Shown: positions 39,260 through 50,421 of the stretch, piece by piece
Position numbering within the stretch: the stretch's first letter is position 1
How the letters are laid out: each line of letters begins with the position of its first letter
From: Catajapyx aquilonaris
Lineage: Eukaryota
DNA length: 64,000 nucleotides
Direction of reading: 5' to 3'
Assembly (NCBI GenBank): GCA_000934665.2
Contig: KZ538482.1
Span: 1-64,000, forward strand
Program-made: the position numbers and the translations under genes
The notes under the pieces: generated by a model
Database searches by the model: none
What the model saw: the letters and a program-made list of their open reading frames with translations, nothing else
What the model was told of the DNA's origin: nothing

Positions 39260-41735
39260 GATCTGAGACTGAAGAACCTGAAAGAAGAAGAAGAAAAATA
39301 GGCAGCTCCTTGGATCCTTCGTTGGTTTCAATCCCAATTCCTAGCCACTGAGTATTTATTTGGACATTGCCCAGTTGCAGTTTGGGCTGGGAGAACTTGT
39401 AAGCAGTGTAAGTGCAAAGGAAAAGGAAAGGGAAGTTTTGGGACAGGAGCCAAACAAATTGCTACACTACCAGTCAGTTACCAATTTCTGTCTCTCCCAC
39501 ACCTAATGTTTTTATTTTTTTTCTGGGTTTGTTATGCCCTTATGTCGTTGATGTCTCCTGTACATAATGTATATTAAAGGGTTATTTTAGTAATGTATTA
39601 ATAAACTGTGAATGAGAATTTGGAAGTGTTACGCGTTGTTATTATGCGAACTGGTGTGAACTGGTGTCCGAAATGCAAAATTTTGCATGCTGGTAGGGTA
39701 TGCTTGGTAGGTGCTGAGAACTGGCAACCAGGTCTTGGGGAAATCCCATCATGTGTGGAAGGCAAAGGTTGATGATAGGCAGCTGAACATACCTTGGGGT
39801 TTTCCAGGTGGGCCTTCTTGGGAGGGAGGGAAGGAAAGAGGTGGGAGAGAGAGAGAGGGAGGGTTAATAAGCTGCCCAAGCTTTTTCTCAGCTCTTCCTG
39901 GGAATTCCACTTCTCTCCTGATGCTCCCTCTAGACTACCCACCCCCATTCCCACTTGCCAGGCACACATTTTCATGGTTTTTGCTGGAAGTAGACGTCCA
40001 GTCCTTACTTATTCAGCCGAGCGTAATGCACATGCACGGGTGTGACGCAAGGTCATTAAAATAATAATGTCCGGAGGATGTAATGCCTGGTCGTTCCCCA
40101 GCTTGAACGTCAACCTGAAAAAATATGTACCTTAAAAAGTGTTACCGTATATGTTAGATAGCATCCTATTAATAACAATGGTGATAATTTTTTTAACTTA
40201 TGAGGACAGCATAATCCTCGGCCCGTATTTTTTTTTTTGTTGGATGTCACACGGTCACTTTATGCTCTCGTTGTGTAATTCTCTCGCTGATAGTGCAAAA
40301 CTAAAGCAGATTGCACATGATAAAGCATTCACTGAATCGTGGTTATGTCATTAACGCATGATTAAATAAATTGGTTTTCGCCCGACATTGTGAAAACCGG
40401 ATTTTGCAATTTGCATCGCTAGAAATAAGTTTTGCAAGCGTTGCTCATGGCTCAAGTAAGCATGATTTTTTTTTTTTAAGTACCAATTATATGATATGAA
40501 GGAAATGTGCTGTGATTTATATGCAGGTATTCCCCAAGCATTTTGTTGTGAGAAATGCTTTGTGTACCACCAAAAGTTGTCAGCCAATGAATTGCTAGAG
40601 TTCCTCTTCCTCATGTGGAAATCACACTATTTAACATCTACTTGGGTGGAAAAAAAAAAATTAGCCAGTTTTATCCAGTCCATAAACTAGCCAATTCTTT
40701 GCATGTACAAACCAAAATATGCTCCTAAGAAGGGGTTGGGTTTTTTTGTCTCTCTCTTTCTCTGCATTATTTATTCATTGGTGTACTTCCTACGTTTGGC
40801 CTTGCTTACCCAGCAGGTTCTTCCTCTTCCTGTGTACAAGTCCTTCATGGAGTCCATTCATCCATTGCTTTCACTTTTACAAGTCTTGGCTGGCACAACT
40901 TTTTTTTTTATTGCTCCTGACCCCAAAAAAGGCAACACTATTATGTACAGGGTGGTGCACTATTGAAGTGCACAGTTCAAGGAAAGATTAATAACCACTG
41001 TATGACCAGCATCTAACTTATCAACCAGTGATATGTAAAATAATTTTTTAAAGATAAGACATATCATATTGGCATGTTTATGAATGATAGAACTTTACCG
41101 AATGAAAGGTCACACACTATGTACTCTCAATGCAATCTTTCGGGAAACCCCTGCATACCTTTTTTTTTTAAAAAAAAAAATCTGTTACACGAACTGTCCT
41201 TGGCAATCAGACCCTCTTTCCCCACCCCCATTTGACAGTAAACCAGAGTCGAAGGGTCGTAGGTGATTAGCCTCTCTGGTTTTCCCATCGCGCGTTACTA
41301 CCTGACCATTTCCAGGTATAGAAACCGTGAAGTGGACACAATAAAATATGAAATTGCCCGACCAACCATTTCCGTTATCACTGGAAAAACAAAAGGAATT
41401 TATCCCCTGGTTGTCTACTAGTGCTCGTCAGGTTTTTATTTCAGTAATTCCTTTAATAAAGGACGGATTTCCTCATGTCTGGAAATAATGTGCAGTGTAA
41501 CGAATTCCACAATCTTGAGTCACATGTCATATGACTCAGTTGATGCAACCAGTAATATAATTTTGAGGGAATACCCCCCTTTTTCCTCATATGTCTGAAG
41601 TTTGGCAATAAAACTTGTAGCCTAATCATGCGGAAAAGTTAATTACGCAACCATGCATTGTAGCGCACGACTGTACAAGTCTCCAACACCTAGCAAATCG
41701 CAAACCATTAAAATTGAGCATCACTACACTGACAA

Positions 41736-41930
41736 TGAGTCTCCCACGTAGCATCACTTTTAATGCTCTCATAATGCTCCAGTAATGCTTTTTAGCATTA
41801 AAAGAGCATAACTACTGAGTCTCCCACGTAGAATCAATTTTTAATGCTCTTATAATGCTCCAGTTATGCCTTTTAGGATTATAAAAAGAGCATTACTACT
41901 GAGTCACTCATGGAGCATTCAATTTTTAAT
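41736..41930. repeat. ~80-bp tandem repeat (about 2.4 copies) upstream of Hop
   Basis: TGAGTCTCCCACGTAG...TTTTAATGCTCT.ATAATGCTCCAGT.ATGC...AAAAGAGCAT.ACTAC repeated; probably MITE-derived. Confidence 0.8.
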
Positions 41931-42142
41931 CAAGAGGTTAACCACTGTACTACACTATATTACAGCGTACTTTTTTTGCCCCCACTTAAGTTTATACATT
42001 AATATTTAAAGCAACATGATTTATAATAAAAGAACCGGATTTTCCATTCAAAAGTGGCGCCTCGTCCGATAACTACAGGCAGGAATATGAATCATGGCGT
42101 CCCTAAAGTGACAGCGATTAATATATCGTAAGTCACTTGTTC

Positions 42143-42157
42143 CTTCTGGAACTTTCC
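42143..42157. promoter_or_regulatory. Heat-shock element, with a second HSE at 42870-42884 in intron 2
   Basis: cTTCtgGAActTTCc just upstream of the Hop ATG and gTTCcaGAAaaTTCc in the intron; both are perfect three-unit nGAAn arrays. Confidence 0.75.
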
Positions 42158-42170
42158 TCATGCTTTCAAC

Positions 42171-45100
42171 ATGGCGGACCAAAGCAAGGTAAATGTTCCT
42201 TCGAAGCCGGCAATTTGCACCCGGGTTTCGCCCCGGGGCGGGACCGGGTCCGATGGGAATGGCCCGGCTAGAGCCAGGTGGTCAGTCGGAGCCACACTCC
42301 GGGGTCGGGAAGGTGCAGGGGACGGGTAGAAACGGGGGGAGGAGATGAGGCCTTTTGTTCTCTTTCTCTCTCTCGAAGGAGGAAGGCGGCCGCCTTTTTG
42401 TTCTGAATCCAGGTGATGCATCATTTTCTTTTTTGTGTGAAATTCCTCAGGTTAACGGACTGAAGGACAAGGGAAATGTGGCACTGCAGGAGGGTAAGGT
42501 GGACGACGCCATCAGGCTCTACTCGGAGGCCATTGAACTGGATGGGGCCAACCATGTGCTGTACAGCAACCGGTCCGCAGCCCACACCAAGAGGGGAGAC
42601 TACGACAAGGCTCTGAAAGATGCGGAGAAGACCATTGAGATTAAGCCGGACTGGAGCAAGGTATAAGTTGCAGGGGGGATGGAAACGGGAACGTGAGGCT
42701 TGACAGTCCGGGAACGTTGAAGGGCGTGGTTCGATCATTAGCGTATTTAGGGAACACCGGAGGTTAATGACCTGTCACATATAGTGACAAAATGCCATTA
42801 TGTACTACAGGCACGAGGTTGCTGCACTTTCCTGGAAGAATTTGCAACATTTATATAGTCGGAACAAGAGTTCCAGAAAATTCCACGTCTAATGCTTATG
42901 AAATATTCTTCCCCCTACAGTGCTGAAAACAAAACGCCGATCTGACGTCAGGAAGGTATTCCATGGAAATACCCTCGCAGTTCAGTACGAGTAAACAGTA
43001 TCAACAAAAAACCAACAATGTAAGAAACTATGACGTCAGATCGTCGTTTGGTATTCCGCACTTTAGAAACACCCGGAACGATCTCTGATAAGCTGGGACT
43101 TTTTTTTCAAAATGGCAATTACCATTATGAAAATAACATTTTAAAAGAGTGGTGATGATGGCACTGACAAATGGAAATGTGACATGCCGAGTTCGGTTGC
43201 AGGTCAGAAAGTACATCAGATATTTTGTTGCCTTTGTAATAAAAACTTTGATTTCGTGGTCAAGATAGTAGTTATAAATAATAGCCAGGGATAGTGCAGT
43301 GGTGTTGCAGTTAGTGTCACAGACGTCCAACGATGATGATGATGGCGACCCTAGCAGCAACCATGGCATTGCATTGGTGTAGACAGTTTTTTTTTCCCAC
43401 CAGGGATTACTGACATGTGTTCCATGTATTGGAATGTAACATGACGAGAAGTGGTGGGAATGTTTCTTTTTGATTTTTTGCTGATATGTTGCCTTGGTCT
43501 AGTAGTGGACCAGTTGCCAAATTTTGGCAACACTGCTTGGCCCACCCCCCAACGTGGAAGTATAGTACATAGGGCCCTACTAGTTGGAGAGTAGGCTCTG
43601 CACACTGCTGTCGTGCTCAGGGGGAAAGTCGTACTACATGAACGTTACCGGGCGGACAAAGCCCACCAGGGTGCTATAGCCAGCATTTGTCTCGCCTCCA
43701 TTGAAGTGGGTCCCACCCTCTCTGACTGCTGCATGCCCTCTAATAATATTGTTGAATGGGAAAAGTGAAAACTATGGTAACCACTACCTAGGCGATGAGT
43801 CAACTTGTTTATGGCCGGACGAACTTGTGGACAGAGAGAATAAGAATGTTAGGTGTATCGATAGTTACTGCACATTTAGTTGCATGTTTTTAGTAAGTTT
43901 ATGTCAGCAGCAACATGCAAATGTGGGACTCAAAAAGCATTTCCGTCATGTTGTTATCTTATTGTTAATTAGTAGATCACTTTTTGTTTTGGATGATAAA
44001 TACGAGGGCCATTCGGGAAATAAGTTTCGCAATGCTACAGTTTCGACGCCATGTGACGGACAGAGTAAAAACGAGCATGGGCAGATACGTTGTTCCTTCC
44101 TCTACTTTATGGGACAAATACTTGCAATTTCTACATAGGCTGCATGGCTGGATGAGACCAAGTGGTGAGCCAAGAATGCCCGCCCACATTATGCCAGGAA
44201 AAGTCATGCCAGACAGAGTGTTGGTCACATGGACTAAGAAAGAAGTTAGGATAGCCTACTTGAGGACACTGTCGGTAATTGTCATGGCCGTGGTCTCAGG
44301 TTGACCTGGCATTGCTGGCACCATATCGCTGTGCCATTTGCTCAGACATGATCTCTCCAGACCATACACTTCCATAGCCAGGTGATGAATGTCATATATG
44401 CCTCATGTCAAATGTTGACCATTGATAGGGAACATCTGCCCTCACTTCTTTCTTAGTCCGTGTGACCAACACTCTCTGTCTGGCATGACTTTTCCTGGCT
44501 GAATGTGGGTGGGCAAGCTTGGCCCACCACTTGGTCTCGTCCAACGGCTGCCGCGCATGTGGATAGGTTACAAGAAGTCGCCTATCTGCCTTATAAAGTA
44601 GAGGAAAGATCAACATATTTTCCCATGCTCGTCTTTACTCTGACCTGTGACAATATATGAGTTCTACCATTGATGTTCCATACCAGTTGATACAATGGGC
44701 CATTCCAGATTATATATGACACTGATATTATTTCTTGTCTGAGATGCTCAATAGCCTGTGCACATGAAATGAAGCATGTGTTGGTAAAATGTACAGGGTG
44801 ATGGGAAAGATTTGCAATTCCTCTTCAGTTTAGGATTTCTTAAGACATCGTAAGAAATATTTGAGCTTCATTTTCAAATGTGGTTCTACATGAGCAAAAC
44901 GGATATTTTTCCAGGGTTACTCGCGCAAGGGTGCTGCTCTGGCTTACCTAGGTCGCCATGAGGAGGCAGCTGAGACTTATAAGGCAGGCCTGAAGGTGGA
45001 GCCTGGCAATGTTCAGCTAAAACGTGACCTAGAAGAGATGCAGATGCTGCTGCTGGGTCCCCCACCAGGCATGAACTCTGATTTCCCTTCTCCTGGGGGA

Positions 45101-46995
45101 GGCATGGGCGGCTTCCCATCCAACCCATTTTCCGACCCCAACCTCGTTGGACGCCTTCAGAACGATCCCCGAACCAGAGCCTACCTCTCTGATCCATCCT
45201 ATTTGGAAATGGTACGTGAGCTGCAGAGGAATCCCAGCAGTCTTGGGTATGTATTTCTCAAGTGGACAGTAGCACTTTTTAGAAGTGTGCTCAGGAGGTA
45301 GGGGACTAATCAAATGCTGATCTTATTTTAGGACTAAGTTAAGTGACACCCGCATGCTGACTACCTTGAGCGTCCTCCTGGGCTTGGATCTGGAGGCAGC
45401 GGCAGGCAAAGATGACGATGCCATGGAGTGTGACCGCAGTTCTTCCCCACCACCTACCCACCAGCAGGAGCAGGCCAGAAGAGGCAGTGGGAACAGTGCC
45501 TCTTCTTCTTCCAAGAATGCCTCTGGTGATAGGAAAGAAGACAAGAACCTGACCCCAGAACAGCGGGAAGCACTGCAGGAGAAGGAAGCTGGTAACGCTG
45601 AGTACCGCAAGAGGAACTTTGATGCTGCCATGAGCCATTACCAGAAGGCCATTGAGCTTGATCCCAACGACATGACTTTCTACACCAATGTGGCTGGTTA
45701 GTAACTGGCGTCATTTGGTTGCAGTGTTGCACAATGTTATTAATTATGATCTTATTTAACTAATGCTTTTTTTTTATAGCTGTGAAGTTTGAACTTGGTG
45801 AATACGACTCGTGCATCGAGCAGTGCAACAAAGCCGTGGAAGTTGGACGAGAAAACCGTGCTGACTTCAAACTGATCTCTCGAGCTTACACACGGATTGG
45901 AAATGCCCATCGCCGCACAAAGGACTGGGTGTCAGCTAAGACCTTTTACGAGAAGGCCCTTTCTGAGCACCGTACCCCGGAAGTGAAAACAATGCTTTCA
46001 GAGGTCGAAAAGATTATCAAGGAGGAGGAGCGCAAGGCGTACATTAATCCGGAGTTGGCTGAGAAGGAAAAGGAGACAGGGAATGAGTTGTTCAAGAAGG
46101 GTGAGTTTTTGCAGAAATCTTATTGTTGTTTTTTTTTGTGCAGTATTTTCCATCTGTTGCATGCCTTTTGAAATGGTGTTTTCTTGTAGGTGACTATGCC
46201 ACTGCCGCAAAACACTACTCAGAGGCCATAAAGCGTAACCCAGAAGACGCCAAGCTGTACAGCAACCGAGCTGCATGCTACACGAAGCTGGCAGCTTTCG
46301 ACTTGGGCCTGAAAGACTGCGATAAGTGCTTGGAATTAGAGCCGACGTTCGGTATGTCCAATCCGTTCTTTTGTGCTTTTGAGAGGCGCTGTCACGTTAC
46401 TAGTTGACCCATAACTTCTCTATTGCAGTGAAAGCATGGATTCGCAAAGGCAAGATCTTGCAGGGTATGCAAGATTCAGGGAAGGCAATGACTGCTTACC
46501 AGAAGGCGATGGAGATGGATTCTAATAATGCAGTAAGTAGTGAATTCATTCACATTTTGAGTGCTACATGTCACCAATATGAGATTGCAGATCAGTTCCA
46601 CAAAAAAAAATAATTTTGTTTACATTTCAAATTTGTATATTTGTCTAAGCTTCCAAATGTTTTTCTGAACCGTAGGAGGCACTTGAAGGTTACCGCAGCT
46701 GCATGATGACGCTGAACTCCAACCCTGAGGAGGTGAGGAAGCGAGCAATGGCTGACCCTGATGTGCAGGCCATTCTGCGTGACCCAGCCATGCGGGTTAT
46801 TCTTGAGCAGATGCAAGATGACCCCAGGGCACTGCAAGAGTTAGTACTACACATTTCTAAGTGCAATGCTAAAAATATTTCACGTGTGTCTAAATGGCTA
46901 CTTTTACGCTCTTTTTTTACAGTCATCTGAAGAATCCCGCTGTTGCAGCCAAGATCCAAAAGCTGCTGGAGTCTGGCCTGATCGCCATTCATTAA
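42171..46995 (+). CDS. STIP1: Stress-induced phosphoprotein 1 / Hsp70-Hsp90 organizing protein (Hop)
   Basis: Exons 42171-42188, 42451-42660, 44915-45246, 45332-45696, 45780-46100, 46190-46351, 46429-46532, 46676-46839, 46923-46995. TPR1 (LKDKGN...YSNRSAA), DP1, TPR2A ([12 protein letters not shown]), TPR2B ([11 protein letters not shown]), DP2 ([24 protein letters not shown]). Confidence 0.96.
44061..44643. repeat. ~190-bp imperfect inverted repeat pair in Hop intron 2
   Basis: 44061-44247 is the reverse complement of about 44445-44643 (e.g. CCAGGAAAAGTCATGCCAGACAGAG / CTCTGTCTGGCATGACTTTTCCTGG). Confidence 0.85.
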
Positions 46996-47747
46996 CAAGA
47001 CAATTTGCGAATTTTTTATTATTTTTTGAGCTCTGCGGGACCGAGTTATGTTCGATGGTTTTTTTGCAACATTTGTTTAGTTTTTTTAAAAAGTGTGGCT
47101 AATCTCAGCTGAGGTGGTAGGTTACTTGAAAGTTCCATTAAGTTGCGCCAGCAGTCAGGTGTGGATATTATTTGTTTCCTTTTGTATGACGACTGCTGCA
47201 ATTTTGAGCTGGGCTGATGTGGAGATGTGTCCCCCGAAACATTTGCAAACAAAGAAGTGGCAAAGGAGTCGCACCTCGCACACATCCCAGTACCTGCTGC
47301 ATCTTTTTTTTTTTTTTTTCGTTGTTGTTAAATAATATGACGCAGATGCAATTTCTTTTGCTTCTTGCCATAAGCTGGTTGTAACCATGCTGTGCATATA
47401 TGGAAGAAAAAGAAAAAAAAAAAGTGGAAACAGGTAGCCTCGTGCACTTTGTCAATGGCATTACTTTCCATCTTTCTAAAATGACGATAGAAAAGGGCAG
47501 GTTGATTCTTTCTCATATGTTGTATGGATTGGTGGCGACATGTAGGTGTAAGTGAATGAAATGCAGTACGCCATACTGCAAGGAATTGAGGATTTGCAGT
47601 CGTGGGCATCTGGAAAGCAATACGATGGTAGAACGAATAAAGTGAATGAACCGCAGTATGCCTTTGATTCTATTGTAATTTTGCAGCAACATTTGCACTG
47701 CTGTGTGACAGAAAATCACATTTTAATGAACTTTTCTACTAATCAAG

Positions 47748-47882
47748 GTGTGCGTCTACATGTGGGCGATTTGACGAGTGAAATCTTCGGCTTAGTAACC
47801 GAAGTAACCAATATTGTTTGAGGCGAACATCGATTGTTAATTTTAGCCTCGTCGAAGGTCTTGCTCACATGTAAGCGAACCT
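47748..47882. mobile_element. Small MITE (GGTGCGTTTACATGTG-type TIR) with a related partial copy at 49595-49667
   Basis: Inverted ends TACATGTGGGCGA / TTGCTCACATGTA. Internal GAGGCGAA.A.CGATTGTTAATTT.AGCCTCG is shared with 49598-49629. Confidence 0.6.
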
Positions 47883-47957
47883 TTTATTGAGAAAATTGTT
47901 AACGGTTGCACACCATTATTTTTGTGGGTTAACTTTTCAGACATGGCGGATTTTTCC

Positions 47958-48187
47958 GTAATGAAGTACGGTACCTTCATTTTTCACATTTTTTTGGGTA
48001 GGTTGACACATTATTGCATAACACTGTCCAATGGAAGTGAATGTAGCAAGTACTTTTCTGATTTCGGCGTAATGAAGTACGATCCTCTGGGTACATGTTC
48101 CTTCAATTTTGACTTTTTTTTTTTGTAGGTTGACACATTATTGCACAATCCATTACATGGCAGTGAATATAGCAAGTACTTTTACAG
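47958..48187. repeat. Imperfect ~120-bp tandem duplication between Hop and exportin-1
   Basis: GTAATGAAGTACG...GTAGGTTGACACATTATTGCA...AGTGAAT.TAGCAAGTACTTTT occurs twice. Confidence 0.8.
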
Positions 48188-50421
48188 ACTTTAAATTATG
48201 TAGCCGTTACTAATTACGTCTCAATAATGAAGTTGCGAATATAAACATGGTGGCAAACATTTAATGAATGTCAATAATTGTGACGTCATGTGGGTATATA
48301 TTTAATGACACCACAGCGTCTGTGATAACCAATTTGTACTGCGTCAACACGGCCAGGGGCCAGCAACGCACTGGCTTTACATATTACACCACCCCCCTTC
48401 CCATCAATAATTTTCATTCCCGGAACATACCGGTTCTGTCCGCAACCCTTCAAAAATAGCGCCTAGTTGCAAAACGTCCACCTTATTTCCAACCCTGTCT
48501 TGTTCCGCCCTGCTCCCTAGAGGCGACAGAACATGCGATCTGATTGGTCCCCGTAACCTCCACTCTGATTGGACCTCTACATCGTACGTTCCGGAATCCC
48601 CCCCCAAAAAACTCCCCCAAAAAATAAAATCGGATAAATTTTTTTTTAAATATATATTTTTTCTCCAGGCCCTGGTTCCATGCTGTTTTACTGGAGCGTG
48701 TGCGCGGGCGGCATACAATGGTGAGGGCGCTGGTGTTTGGAGCCTTCCTTCCTTCCCCCACCACCACCCGCCCTGCCGCTGCTTCCCTCCTTCCCCAATC
48801 CAGTTAATTCCGGTTTTGCGCCCTGGAAAATCGGGGAGGGTTTAGTTGGGCTGGGGAGGGGGACAGGGGACGGGAGGGAAGGAAAAAGAAGGATTTCATG
48901 AGGCGGCGGCGGCGTCTGTTGTTGCTGCTCTGAAGTCGCCAGTCGTGGTCAACTCGTCCGGTCAAGGTTCGAACACATGTGGGCACCAGCCTATAGTTGA
49001 CATTAGCCCCCCCCCAGGACATGGAACACACAAGGCCTTTTCGCTTATGTGTGTGTGTGTGTGTGTGTAAAGAGTTCTTTTTTGGGGAACCCGCCTTTCC
49101 AGAGTTGAACGAACTGCAACTAGGCCTAGACCAGCCCTGCAGTTTGTTGGCGGAAAGGGGCTGGCATGGAATAAGGTGGACACGATATTGTGGAGTGCGC
49201 AGTCAAGGTGGCACACATGAGCAATGCAGTGTCATGTGAACCGACTCATTTGTTTACAGTAGGAAGTTGATGGAAGCATTGGCGAAACAAATGTGGTCGC
49301 ATATCGTGTCCGCACAGCGGGGCAATGTCGTGTGTAAGGTTCAGGTGTTTGCTGGCGACAGTTGTCCGCACTTGCCAATAGGTATCCCGACGAAATTGGA
49401 TTTCTGTGACTTGAAAGTCTTACCCGACTGCTCAAGCTGCTAAAACCGTGAAGCGACTTAACTTGTTGGAAGTGATGACGTCCAATAAGATTAGGCCAGT
49501 TAAATTAGGGAATGACATCTGTTTTGAGTAAATGTCATGTGAACAGCCTGCCTAGGTGCTCTTTCATCTGAGTGATTTGACAAGCCAAGTGGAGTTCGAG
49601 GCGAAAACCGATTGTTAATTTCAGCCTCGGCGTCGCTCGTCAAATTGCTCACATGTAAACGCACCTTGAAGTGACTTAACAATGCCGATATTGTTGGCAG
49701 TGATGACGTCCAATAATATTAGGCCAGTTATTCAGGGAATGGCACCGTTTTTAGCGAAACAAATGCCAGCGGCTAAGAATGCTTTGGAAACTAGTTGGCA
49801 GTCCAGTCCCGTGACCCATTAAAAGTCCAATCAATCAACCCTTGTTTTGGTATGATAATTTGATGTTAGTGTTGCTTGAGACTGTTCTTGCAGAAGGGAA
49901 CACCTTAGAGCGAATTTTCATGAAGTGATCGGACAATTTCTCATGACAAAATTAGCATGGCAGTCCGAGGGCATCCCAGCATTAAAGTGTAGGTTCAGGC
50001 GTGCTGATTTTGCCTGCTGACCACTGGGCAGCTACAAGAACACTCCCATAAAGGTGATTCGAGTCTGTTGCAAGGGAATATGAACTCTCGCTTAACCAAA
50101 GTGTCGGGAAAGTGTTGTAAGTTGCCAAGATGCGACACATTTGTTCTGTTGATATGCTCCTGCACCAAAATCAACAAAATTATAATATGCCTGTCACTGG
50201 ATGAGCCATGTCGCACCCTGCGAAAACTATCCATGTTTGTCCTTGCAGGGCTTGTAAGCTTGCCCCAAAGCCCTGTGAAGACGAGGATGGATATGGGGAT
50301 ACCATAAGTTAGTCTTTCCTTGCAAAAGAGTGAAACCGGTGATTTTTGTGAAGTACGACAAGTTCCTAATGGTTGTAAATTTTTTGATATTGCAGCGAGT
50401 AGTGGGGACGGAGAAGGCAAG

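Larger units (their letters stand above)
21596..41576. promoter_or_regulatory. Extended cluster of NF-kB (Rel/Dorsal)-like sites around cactus
   Basis: More than 25 GGG(N4-6)CC-type sites, e.g. GGGATTTCCC 23609, GGGAATTTCC 26359, GGGGATTTCCCC 36387, GGGAAATCCC 37814 and 39738, GGGAATTCCC 38027. Confidence 0.7.

Noticed and set aside
49473..49571. Canonical C/D box snoRNA (TGATGA...CTGA)
   Set aside because: No convincing terminal stem or recognisable guide, and the duplicate copy lacks a matching box D. Kept only as a low-interest structural finding.
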